A stretch of DNA of 33,618 bases. Source: an uncultured Candidatus Saccharibacteria bacterium. GTDB lineage: Bacteria > Patescibacteriota > Minisyncoccia > UBA6257 > GWB1-50-10. How positions within the stretch are numbered: position 1 is the stretch's first letter; each line of letters begins with the position of its first letter. Of this stretch, positions 1 to 7,733 are shown one piece after another. Made by a program: the position numbers and the translations under genes. Location: the NCBI GenBank assembly GCA_964534105.1, contig CAZHOF010000002.1, forward strand, positions 1 through 33,618, written 5' to 3'. The notes below the pieces were generated by a model. It worked only from the letters and a program-made list of their open reading frames with translations, was not told where the DNA came from and searched no databases.

Positions 1-108
1 TACGGCGAGGATGGCGAGGATGGCTATTACGACGAGGAGTTCGATGAGGGTGAAGGAAGCATTCCTTATATTAGAGTGAGACGTAGGTGAGAAGAGAGAA
101 GGAATCAT
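1..108 (-). CDS. type IV pilin-like protein, N-terminal fragment (runs off the left edge)
   Basis: Reverse-complement translation from the ATG at 108 gives MIPSLFSPTSHSNIRNAS-FTLIELLVVIAILAILAV. This is a prepilin-type leader followed by the FTLIE hydrophobic helix with Glu at +5. It is absent from the ORF track because it is truncated to 36 codons. Position -1 is Ser rather than the usual Gly. Confidence 0.8.
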   Translation of the reverse strand, partial: MIPSLFSPTSHSNIRNASFTLIELLVVIAILAILAV

Positions 109-118
109 ACTTGTATTT

Positions 119-127
119 AGTATAGCA
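119..127 (-). promoter_or_regulatory. extended -10 promoter (TGCTATACT) for the pilin gene, leaderless-style
   Basis: The minus strand reads TGCTATACT, then 10 nt, then ATG(108). There is no SD in between. Confidence 0.4.
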
Positions 128-142
128 AAAAAGGGGGTCCTC

Positions 143-1363
143 TTACTGCATCTTATCCCTTATCTTTCTATGATAATTGACTGCAAATCGATGCGCCTCG
201 TTGCGGACGCGGATAAGCGTCTTTTCGGATATGCCCTCGGGAACAGATCCGAAAAACTCGTTTTTTCTGCGCTTCGGCCCCTTTGCAATACCGACAACGG
301 GAATGCGTAAACCAGACTCCTCAAGCACCTGATTCGCAATAGCTACCTGCTGGGAACCGCCGTCAACAAGAATACAGTGCGGTAAAGGCCACGCCTCACC
401 CGATTTTCTCCGAAAACGTCTCCGCAATACCTCCTCCATCATGCCAACATCATTTTGTCCCTGAATGGTTTTAATGCGGAAACGCCGATATGATTTTTTA
501 TCCGGATTGTCACCTTGAAAAACAACCATTGCACCGACTGCCCCCGTCCCGGAAATGTTGGAGATATCAAACCCCTCAATCCTCTTTTTTCGCTCCCCCC
601 TCTCGGAAAACGTCGGTTCATCAAGCAGGGCAACGTCCTGAACATGCTCCAGTGCGGAGATCTGCCGCCGGAACTGCGCAGCACGCTCAAAATCAAGTCG
701 GTCAGCCGCCTGCTTCATATTCCGTGTAAGCCGGCGCAAAAGGTCCTGCGTTCCCCCTGAAAAAACCTTTTTTAGATTTCTAATATTTCGACGATACTCG
801 CGCTTGTCCGCCTTACCCACGCACACACCGGGACATAAACCGACCTCCGCATTGAAACACGGTCGGGAAGCCGCACCGACAACCTCGGGCGAATGGGTGC
901 TCCACGGGAAAATTCTGCGAAGAATGCGCAATGCCTCACGAATACTCGAAGCGGAAACAAAAGGACCGAACCGCTCTCCATGCTTCTCTTTTACGTCTGA
1001 CGAATGCATTCTTCCACGCACAAGAAGGACCCTCGGCCATTCCTCATCAGTAACCTCGACAAAAAGAAAGCTCTTGTCGTCTTTCTCCCGGATATTAAAA
1101 GGTGGGGCGTACTGCTTAATCAGGTTTGCCTCAAGCATTAATGCCTCAAGCGCCGTTCTTGTTTCTTTTACATCAATGTTCCTGATCTGTGAAACCAGCT
1201 TCTCAATCCGGGCATCTGCGGGGCGTAAAAAATAACTTGAGACGCGGCGGCGTAAATTACCCGCTTTCCCGATGTACAACAATTTCTTCCCCGTACCGCG
1301 CATTAAATAAACGCCTGGTGTTTCGGGAAGACGCTGATATAAATGCCGCGCATTATTCTTCAT
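143..1363 (-). CDS. uvrC: excinuclease ABC subunit C, short form lacking the C-terminal (HhH)2 domain
   Basis: GIY-YIG motif (PGVYLM..LLYIGKAGNLRRRVSSYF), UVR motif (FERAAQFRRQISALE) and RNase H-like endonuclease motifs (IEGFDISN, ILVDGG, NEAHRFA). ATG at 1363 is chosen; the track start at 1369 is a GTG overlapping the uvrA stop. Confidence 0.9.
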   Translation of the reverse strand: MKNNARHLYQRLPETPGVYLMRGTGKKLLYIGKAGNLRRRVSSYFLRPADARIEKLVSQIRNIDVKETRTALEALMLEANLIKQYAPPFNIREKDDKSFLFVEVTDEEWPRVLLVRGRMHSSDVKEKHGERFGPFVSASSIREALRILRRIFPWSTHSPEVVGAASRPCFNAEVGLCPGVCVGKADKREYRRNIRNLKKVFSGGTQDLLRRLTRNMKQAADRLDFERAAQFRRQISALEHVQDVALLDEPTFSERGERKKRIEGFDISNISGTGAVGAMVVFQGDNPDKKSYRRFRIKTIQGQNDVGMMEEVLRRRFRRKSGEAWPLPHCILVDGGSQQVAIANQVLEESGLRIPVVGIAKGPKRRKNEFFGSVPEGISEKTLIRVRNEAHRFAVNYHRKIRDKMQ

Positions 1364-1365
1364 GG

Positions 1366-3879
1366 TCACAAAACCTTCTTGAGATACGAACCGGTGAAAT
1401 TCTTGGCCTTCCGTGCAATATCCTCGGGCGTCCCCTCGGCAACCACCCTACCGCCAAGCTCTCCCCCTTCGGGCCCTAAGTCAATCACCCAATCAGCGCT
1501 TTTGATAACATCAAGGTTATGTTCAATGACCACAACGGAATTTCCGCGGCTAACCAAACGATTCAAGACGTTCAAGAGTTGAGCAACGTCATCAAAGTGT
1601 AATCCCGTTGTCGGCTCGTCAAGTAAATAGAGTGTGCGCCGCGTGTCCGGCTTCCCAAGCTCGGCACCTAATTTCACCCGCTGCGCCTCGCCACCCGAGA
1701 GCGTTGTCGCGGATTGTCCAAGTTCGATATACCCGAGCCCAACGTCGTTTAAAATGCGCAAACGGTCATAGAGCCACGGGATATCCTTGAAAAACGTGGC
1801 CGCTTCCTCAACCGTCATCTCTAGAATGTCATGGATGTTCTTCTCTTTATACTCCACCTCAAGCGTCTCGCGGTCGAACCGTTTTCCTTTGCATACATCA
1901 CACTGCACATACACCGTTGGAAGAAAATGCATCTCAATCGCAATTACGCCATGCCCCTCGCAATTCTCGCACCTGCCGCCACGCACGTTGAAACTAAAAC
2001 GCCCGGGACGATACCCACGTACACGCGCGTCCTCTGTTGATGCGAAGAGCTCGCGGATATGCGTCCACGCACCGACATAGGTAGCCGGGTTAGAGCGCGG
2101 CGTTCTCCCGATTGCGGACTGGTCAATGTTAATAACACGATTGATGTATTCGGTGCCGGTTATGGACTTGTGAACCCCGGGTGTGTGATTTGCCCCATGC
2201 AGTTTGTTCGCAAGAGTTTTATAGAGCACGTCATAGACAAGCGAGCTTTTTCCCGACCCGGAAACACCTGTTACGGCAACAAGTCGTCGCAACGGTATGG
2301 AAACATCGAGGTTTTGCAAGTTATTCTCGCTCACTCCCCTAAGCTTCAAAGCATCATGATTCGCTTTCACGGAACGTCTCTTCTCGGGAAGGGGTATCTT
2401 CTTTTCCCCGCGAAGATAATCAAGTGTAAGCGAGTTCTGGTTTCTCTCCTTTAAAATTCCGGGAATAGGACCGTGTGCAACAATTTCACCGCCGTGCACC
2501 CCAGCACCGGGCCCGATATCAACCAGATAATCGGAGGAATGGATTGTTTCCTCATCGTGCTCAACGACAATCACGGTATTCCCTAAATCGCGCAGTTCCT
2601 GAAGTGTTTTAATAAGTTTCGCATTGTCCCGCTGGTGTAAACCGATTGTCGGCTCATCAAGCACGTAAAGTGTTCCTACAAGCCGCGAACCGATCTGCGA
2701 GGCAAGTCGGATACGCTGCGCCTCGCCGCCCGAGAGCGTTCCCGCCTTCCGATCAAGCGTAAGATATTCCAATCCCACATCAACTAAAAACTGGAGACGG
2801 CTCTTGATCTCGCGGAGCGGAACCTCGGCAATCTCGGAAAAGGAACCCTTCGCGGTCCCGGAAAGCTTTTGGAAAAACCGGAGAGAATCGTTGATGGGAA
2901 GCGCAACCACGCCGGCAATATTCTTACCGTCAATCAAAACGTTCAATGCCTCTTCCTTAAGGCGATTTCCCCGGCAAGCGGGACAAAGTTTCTCAGACCA
3001 GATACTTTCCGTGCCCAACCCATGACACTCGGGACAGGCACCGAAAGGGCTGTTGAACGAAAATAATCGCGGTTCAATCTCAGGAAACGAAAAACCGTCC
3101 TCCGGGCAGGTGAACTTTGCCGAGAGCGAGGTTTCCTGATCGGTAATAAGCGTTACCACGTCATTCCCGTATTTCAACCCGGATTCGATCGCCTCGGAAA
3201 GCCGCAGGCGGTTATCTTTCACGCGGTAATCCAAAGTCGCCGGAATACGGTCAATCACAAGCTCGATGGTATGCCGTTTATAACGCGAAAGCTCAACACG
3301 ATCACGAAGTGAAACAAACTTCCCGTCAATCCGCGCCTCCGAATATCCGGCATTCAAAAAATCGTAGAGCATCTGGTAATACTCCCCCTTCCTACCGCGT
3401 ACCACAGGAGCAAGAACGACAAGATTCTTCCCGCTCTTGTCGTTCTTGGAAATCTGCACGGCGACATCAACGATTTCCTCCGTCGTCATTTTTTTAATCT
3501 GCTTACCGCACCGGGGACAATACGGCTTTCCCGCGCGCGCGAAAAGAACACGCAGATAATCATAGATTTCCGTAATGGTCGCAACCGTCGAGCGCGGATT
3601 CCCGGAGTGGCTCTTCTGATCAATAGAAATAGCCGGCGAGAGTCCCTCGATCTCGTCCACGTCCGGCTTATCAAGTCGGCCCAAGAACTGACGTGCATAA
3701 GCGGAAAGCGACTCAATATAACGGCGCTGTCCCTCCGCGAAAATCGTATCAAACGCCAAACTCGACTTTCCCGAGCCCGAAAGCCCGGTAAACACGATCA
3801 TCTTCCCACGCGGCAGATCTAAAGAAACATTTTTCAGATTGTGCTCTCGAGCTCCTTTAATACGAATGAGGTCTTTCAT
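1366..3879 (-). CDS. uvrA: excinuclease ABC subunit A (837 aa, insertion domain apparently absent)
   Basis: Two Walker A sites ([18 protein letters not shown]), two ABC signatures (LSGGEAQR), paired Cys zinc modules, and end-to-end resemblance to E. coli UvrA from memory. Confidence 0.95.
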   Translation of the reverse strand: MKDLIRIKGAREHNLKNVSLDLPRGKMIVFTGLSGSGKSSLAFDTIFAEGQRRYIESLSAYARQFLGRLDKPDVDEIEGLSPAISIDQKSHSGNPRSTVATITEIYDYLRVLFARAGKPYCPRCGKQIKKMTTEEIVDVAVQISKNDKSGKNLVVLAPVVRGRKGEYYQMLYDFLNAGYSEARIDGKFVSLRDRVELSRYKRHTIELVIDRIPATLDYRVKDNRLRLSEAIESGLKYGNDVVTLITDQETSLSAKFTCPEDGFSFPEIEPRLFSFNSPFGACPECHGLGTESIWSEKLCPACRGNRLKEEALNVLIDGKNIAGVVALPINDSLRFFQKLSGTAKGSFSEIAEVPLREIKSRLQFLVDVGLEYLTLDRKAGTLSGGEAQRIRLASQIGSRLVGTLYVLDEPTIGLHQRDNAKLIKTLQELRDLGNTVIVVEHDEETIHSSDYLVDIGPGAGVHGGEIVAHGPIPGILKERNQNSLTLDYLRGEKKIPLPEKRRSVKANHDALKLRGVSENNLQNLDVSIPLRRLVAVTGVSGSGKSSLVYDVLYKTLANKLHGANHTPGVHKSITGTEYINRVINIDQSAIGRTPRSNPATYVGAWTHIRELFASTEDARVRGYRPGRFSFNVRGGRCENCEGHGVIAIEMHFLPTVYVQCDVCKGKRFDRETLEVEYKEKNIHDILEMTVEEAATFFKDIPWLYDRLRILNDVGLGYIELGQSATTLSGGEAQRVKLGAELGKPDTRRTLYLLDEPTTGLHFDDVAQLLNVLNRLVSRGNSVVVIEHNLDVIKSADWVIDLGPEGGELGGRVVAEGTPEDIARKAKNFTGSYLKKVL

Positions 3880-3887
3880 GGATGTTT

Positions 3888-5903
3888 TTATCGTTGTTTC
3901 CGCGCCTTGAGCTTCTTTGAAAGCTCCTTTATTTCGTCGCGCAAAATTGCCGCAAGCTCGAAGTTCAACTCCCCCGCCGCCTCCCGCATCTCACTCTCTT
4001 TCTCGCGGATCAACCGCTCAATCACTTTCTGCGACGAGGGCGCTGCCTTCATCTCAAGTGAAGTAACATTTTCTACGGGGAGAATGTCAACAATCTCGCG
4101 GATAATAGTTTTTGGCGTAATACCATGCTTCTTATTATAAGCAAGCTGCAACTTTCGCCGCCGCTCCGTCTCACGAACCGCCCGCTCAATTGAACCGGTT
4201 CTGAAATCGGCATAGAGCAATACCGCTCCGTTTACATTCCGCGCCGCGCGCCCGATCGTCTGGATAAGCGCGGTTTCACTCCGTAAAAATCCTTCCTTAT
4301 CGGCGTCAAGAATGGCAACGAGTGAAACCTCGGGTAAATCAAGGCCTTCACGCAAAAGATTTACGCCAACAAGCACGTCGAACACACCCTTCCGGAAATC
4401 AGTGAGAATACGGATACGATCCAGTGTTTTTACATCGCTGTGCAGATACGTCACCTTAATGCCAAGTTCCTCAAGATATCGGCTCAAATCCTCCGCCATC
4501 CGCTTGGTGAGCGTAGTTACCAAAATCCTCTCCTTGTCCTTCGTCTCCTTGCCGTCTAGCCGACTTTGAATGCACTTCAAGAGATCCTGAACCTGGCCGC
4601 GAGCCGGGAAAATACTTACCTTTGGGTCAACGAGCCCTGTGGGACGAATGATCTGTTCTACGATTTGGGCGCTTTTCTTACGCTCGTACTCGCTTGGCGT
4701 AGCAGAGGTGAAAATAACCTGACCGATACGCTCCTCAAACTCTTTTGCCATGAGAGGCCTGTTATCAGCAGCTGAAGGGAGCCGGAAACCATATTCAATG
4801 AGCGTTCGCTTCCGCGAAGCATCGCCTTCATACATCCCGTAGATCTGCGGCACAGAAACATGCGATTCATCAATAATGGTCAAAAAATCCGCTTGCCCCG
4901 AGCTTGCCGAAGGGGGGAAATAATCCAAGAGCGTCGCAGGCGGATCGCCCGGGGCACGCCCCGAGAGGTGGCGGGAATAGTTCTCAATACCGTGGCAATA
5001 CCCCACCTCTTTCATCATCGCGATGTCAGCTTTTGTTCTGCGCTCAAGCCGTTCCGCCTCAAGATACTTCCCTGTTTTCTCAAATTCTTTGAGCCGCGCT
5101 GCTAATTCTTTCTTAATTGCGGCAAGTGCTCGCTTTCGTTTATCAACAGGTGTAATGAAGTGCTTCGCTGGAGCGAACACGACATTCTTCAATTTTGGCG
5201 TCTTTCCGAGAATGAACCCCTGAACAGGATCAATCTCATAAATAGAAACAATAACGCCTCCCTGCACCTCAAGGTTGTAGATAACTTCGCGATCCGGCGG
5301 CATGATCTCCCAATTGTCCCCGCGCAGACGGAATGTACCGCGCTTCAAATCAGCCGTCGTCCGCGAAAACTGAAGCGCAACAAGCCGACGCACAAATTCC
5401 GATCGATGGACTGCGTCCCCAACTGAAAGATCGAAGAGGTTCTCCCGATATTCATCGGGAGAACCAAGTCCGTAGATACACGAAACTGATGCAACCACGA
5501 TTACATCACGGCGCGTAAGAAGTGCTGTCGTTGCGGCATGCCGCAACTTATCAATCTCGTCGTTTACCATCGCTTCCTTGCCGATGTACGTATCGCTCGC
5601 CGGCATGTACGCCTCGGGCTGATAATAATCGTAGTAAGAAACAAAGTAATTTACGGAGTTTTTTGGAAAGAGCGTACGAAACTCGTTGCACAGCTGCGCC
5701 GCAAGCGTCTTATTGTGAGCGATCACGAGTGTGGGCCGCTGCATCTCGGCAATCACATTTGCAACGGTAAATGTCTTTCCCGAACCGGTAACGCCGAGAA
5801 GCGTCTGATGCGTAAAATCATCCCGAAGACCACGAACAAGCGCCTTGATTGCTTCAGGTTGGTCGCCCGCCGGTTTATGTTTTGAAACAAGTTCGAATTC
5901 CAT
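3888..5903 (-). CDS. uvrB: excinuclease ABC subunit B
   Basis: Helicase motif I (GVTGSGKT), DESH box and a C-terminal UVR motif ([13 protein letters not shown]). ATG at 5903 ([19 protein letters not shown]) is preferred over the 16-codon upstream extension in the track. Confidence 0.95.
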   Translation of the reverse strand: MEFELVSKHKPAGDQPEAIKALVRGLRDDFTHQTLLGVTGSGKTFTVANVIAEMQRPTLVIAHNKTLAAQLCNEFRTLFPKNSVNYFVSYYDYYQPEAYMPASDTYIGKEAMVNDEIDKLRHAATTALLTRRDVIVVASVSCIYGLGSPDEYRENLFDLSVGDAVHRSEFVRRLVALQFSRTTADLKRGTFRLRGDNWEIMPPDREVIYNLEVQGGVIVSIYEIDPVQGFILGKTPKLKNVVFAPAKHFITPVDKRKRALAAIKKELAARLKEFEKTGKYLEAERLERRTKADIAMMKEVGYCHGIENYSRHLSGRAPGDPPATLLDYFPPSASSGQADFLTIIDESHVSVPQIYGMYEGDASRKRTLIEYGFRLPSAADNRPLMAKEFEERIGQVIFTSATPSEYERKKSAQIVEQIIRPTGLVDPKVSIFPARGQVQDLLKCIQSRLDGKETKDKERILVTTLTKRMAEDLSRYLEELGIKVTYLHSDVKTLDRIRILTDFRKGVFDVLVGVNLLREGLDLPEVSLVAILDADKEGFLRSETALIQTIGRAARNVNGAVLLYADFRTGSIERAVRETERRRKLQLAYNKKHGITPKTIIREIVDILPVENVTSLEMKAAPSSQKVIERLIREKESEMREAAGELNFELAAILRDEIKELSKKLKARKQR

Positions 5904-6158
5904 AATATGCAACACACAAATCCCCCGGATTAAGACATATGGGGGTGGCAAGAAAACTCTACCGGAAAAGAAGGGAAAAGTGAAGCTCCATACTTATGGA
6001 GCGGAACCCCTCACCGAGAGCCCTGGAAACCTTCACTTCGCGTTCAAAAATAATATATGGATAAGTAATAGATGCAAGGAAAAAACGGCAACCGGGGCTT
6101 TCCAGTGTGCGGGTGAACCCCGTATCTCTAACAACCAGCCATCAGTTATGTTGCTCTA

Positions 6159-6186
6159 TTGACATTTACTGATAATATGATATAAT
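6159..6186 (+). promoter_or_regulatory. consensus sigma70 promoter TTGACA-N16-TATAAT
   Basis: TTGACA at 6159-6164 and TATAAT at 6181-6186. A perfect match to both hexamers is unlikely by chance in 33 kb. The track's ATG at 6185 sits inside the -10 box, so the real start is downstream. Confidence 0.75.
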
Positions 6187-6227
6187 GAGCAAGCACATTA
6201 AGAAACTGGGAAATAAGCGCAAGCGTC

Positions 6228-6243
6228 TTCCTGATATCAGGAA
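6228..6243 (+). promoter_or_regulatory. 16-nt perfect palindrome TTCCTGATATCAGGAA in the 5' UTR, overlapping the SD region
   Basis: Read directly. It lies between the predicted TSS (about 6193) and the AGGAAAGGAAGG SD. It could be an operator or an SD-sequestering hairpin. Confidence 0.4.
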
Positions 6244-6256
6244 AGGAAGGTACGAG

Positions 6257-6658
6257 ATGTTCAAGAAAGCATGGGCGTATCTGGTGCTGGTGAATCGTAA
6301 GTACAACAACTCGCTGTTCGCCGGGCTGGTCGTCGGGCTGCTCATCGGGCTGGGCGCCGGGCTGGCCATCGGGTTGACCTACGGGCTGGCCTACGGGCTT
6401 GTCAACGTGCTGATCCTCGGGCTGTGCACCGGGCTTGTCGCCATACTGGCCGTCGGGCTGGGTGCTGGGTTGAGCGTCGGGCTGGGCGCCGGGCTGGGCA
6501 TCTGGCTGGGCGCCGGGCTGGGCACAGTAACCTCAATAGGCGTCCTGTATCTCGCCCAGGTTATCGGCTGGATGCCAATCGTCGCAATCGTCCTTGTCTC
6601 CACTCTCACCGTGTGGTACCACCGCCGGAAGAAGAGTGTAGCGATGACGTCGGGCTGA
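6257..6658 (+). CDS. glycine-zipper repeat membrane protein (133 aa), unknown family
   Basis: Start is ATG at 6257, preceded by GGAAAGGAAGG-tacgag. The protein is MFKKAWAYLV.., then 17 consecutive G-L-x-x tetrads, then a hydrophobic segment, then HRRKKSVAMTSG. It has its own promoter and terminator. Confidence 0.7.
   Translation: MFKKAWAYLVLVNRKYNNSLFAGLVVGLLIGLGAGLAIGLTYGLAYGLVNVLILGLCTGLVAILAVGLGAGLSVGLGAGLGIWLGAGLGTVTSIGVLYLAQVIGWMPIVAIVLVSTLTVWYHRRKKSVAMTSG
6323..6523 (+). repeat. about 17 tandem 12-nt units (consensus nnnnnnGGGCTG) encoding (G-L-x-x)n
   Basis: GGGCTG/GGGCTT/GGGTTG recurs every 12 nt. Leu is invariant in all 17 units and Gly is present in 14 of 17. Confidence 0.85.
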
Positions 6659-6664
6659 CCATCA

Positions 6665-6700
6665 AGAGCCCTTAGCAATATCATGCTGAGGGCTTTTTCT
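6665..6700 (+). terminator. intrinsic terminator after the glycine-zipper gene
   Basis: AGAGCCCT..(AGCA-loop-TGCT)..AGGGCTTT followed by TTCTTTG. Confidence 0.6.
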
Positions 6701-6744
6701 TTGATCTCGCTTTAAGCATATATTACCAGTTACCATTCTCTACT

Positions 6745-6778
6745 TAAAAAAGAGGGGCAGTCATAACGACAGCCCCTC
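6745..6778 (-). terminator. intrinsic terminator for the 175-aa orphan gene
   Basis: The minus strand reads GAGGGGCTGTCGTTATGACTGCCCCTC followed by TTTTTT, 12 nt after the stop codon. Confidence 0.7.
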
Positions 6779-6789
6779 AAAGATGGAAA

Positions 6790-7317
6790 TTATGGGTGGA
6801 GAAGAAGACGCTCCGAGTACCGCTGGCGACGGCGCCTTTTCGCGCTGCCGTCTCCGTGCCGGCGCCTCTTGCGATCTTCCGAGCTCGGCGGTCCTCCACG
6901 AATCACCCAGACGGCGACAATCTGACAAGCGGCGCTCCGTATACCGGCACCGCTCAACGCGCTTGGAATACGCAACACAGGGGGGCTTTCCCGAACAGGT
7001 CTCATGGAAACACCCCGCGAGCCGTTCCGATGGGCAACATCTTCCAGAAAAATCCCTTCCCGGACCCCGATCTTGAGGACAAGAGGAATTTCTCGTCCCC
7101 CGTCCATGACCCAGCCCAAGCGATGCTCTACCCCGGGCGTATCCCGTTGCCACTCCGAGGCAAAAATCCTGGGGTGTCTCAGTACGCCCTCCTGACGCGC
7201 CCCCCCGCTGCTGTCACCACCGGAATTTATTTTCTCCCGTTCCGATGATGCAATCTCGCGGAGCACTGCTTCCGCCCTCCCTCCGGGCATAGCGGAAATG
7301 ACCCGTACCACATCCAT
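6790..7317 (-). CDS. hypothetical protein, 175 aa, GC-rich, Arg/Lys-rich C-terminal tail
   Basis: Start context is TTTCAAGGAGGGttgaagcATG, with a dedicated terminator downstream. The protein ends ..SSEDRKRRRHGDGSAKRRRRQRYSERLLLHP. Long ORFs on both strands make the frame choice less certain. No family recognised. Confidence 0.5.
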   Translation of the reverse strand: MDVVRVISAMPGGRAEAVLREIASSEREKINSGGDSSGGARQEGVLRHPRIFASEWQRDTPGVEHRLGWVMDGGREIPLVLKIGVREGIFLEDVAHRNGSRGVSMRPVRESPPVLRIPSALSGAGIRSAACQIVAVWVIRGGPPSSEDRKRRRHGDGSAKRRRRQRYSERLLLHP

Positions 7318-7484
7318 GCTTCAACCCTCCTTGAAACTTTTCGCGTTGATCCCGGCGACAAAAAGGAAACTCAGGTAAAATAACACCTCCTTTCCTGCGT
7401 ATGCATTTTATGTTAAAGAACTCTGACCGGATTTCCGGCCTGGAGATTATCAGCCGAAAGCGGACAATCTTCAACCCGGAAATG

Positions 7485-7512
7485 AAACCTCCCGTTTGAA
7501 ACGGGAGGTTTT
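7485..7512. terminator. 13-bp-arm hairpin AAACCTCCCGTTT-g-AAACGGGAGGTTT with flanking A/T tracts (bidirectional)
   Basis: Read directly. On the minus strand it follows the 28-aa ORF by about 25 nt and is followed by TTTCATTTCC. Confidence 0.65.
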
Positions 7513-7535
7513 GGTATTTCTTTCTCTTTTCTAAA

Positions 7536-7622
7536 CTAACACTTACCACAACCTCCCCCACTGTACGGAATAAGGACGACGGTAACGGAGAAAAGAACGT
7601 GGGAAAATAGTTTCATTTTCAT
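7536..7622 (-). CDS. 28-aa hydrophobic micro-protein MKMKLFSHVLFSVTVVLIPYSGGGCGKC (C-terminal CxxC)
   Basis: ATG at 7622 lies 4 nt downstream of a TATATT -10 box (leaderless geometry). The stop is TAG at 7536-7538, followed by a hairpin terminator. It is below the ORF-track cutoff. Confidence 0.5.
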   Translation of the reverse strand: MKMKLFSHVLFSVTVVLIPYSGGGCGKC

Positions 7623-7626
7623 TTCT

Positions 7627-7655
7627 AATATAGGAAGATTTCGGAAAAAGGTCAA
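7627..7655 (-). promoter_or_regulatory. near-consensus promoter TTGACC-N17-TATATT driving the 28-aa ORF / short RNA
   Basis: On the plus strand, ggtcaa is at 7650-7655 and aatata at 7627-7632, with a 17-nt spacer. Confidence 0.65.
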
Positions 7656-7687
7656 GGGCGTGTCTATGAAAAAGAGGTAGAACCTTG

Positions 7688-7713
7688 AAATGACTCAACC
7701 GGTTGAGTCATTT
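7688..7713 (-). terminator. 26-nt perfect palindrome AAATGACTCAACC/GGTTGAGTCATTT downstream of the DUF5671 gene
   Basis: Read directly. It begins about 20 nt after the stop at 7734. The A/T tracts are part of the arms. Confidence 0.5.
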
Positions 7714-7733
7714 CCAATATCCCTAAATAAGCT

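Noticed and set aside
5962-5985. CCGGAAAAGAAGGGAAAAG resembling the SRP RNA domain IV motif (CCGGAAGGAAGCAGC)
   Set aside because: It is only a partial match. There is no complementary 3' strand forming the symmetric and asymmetric loops, and no GNAR tetraloop context.
6323-6523. Regular 12-nt repeat considered as a CRISPR-like or satellite array
   Set aside because: The period is far too short, there are no spacers, and the repeat is in frame and encodes (G-L-x-x)n. No repeat-spacer arrays or cas genes are in the window.
6760-7330. GC-rich block considered as a large structured RNA (RNase P RNA, tmRNA, group II intron)
   Set aside because: I could not find the RNase P CR-I/CR-V motifs (GAGGAAAGTCC, ACAGAA-type), a tmRNA tRNA-like end or tag ORF, or intron domain V. 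An SD+ATG-to-terminator ORF explains the region better, though coding is not proven.
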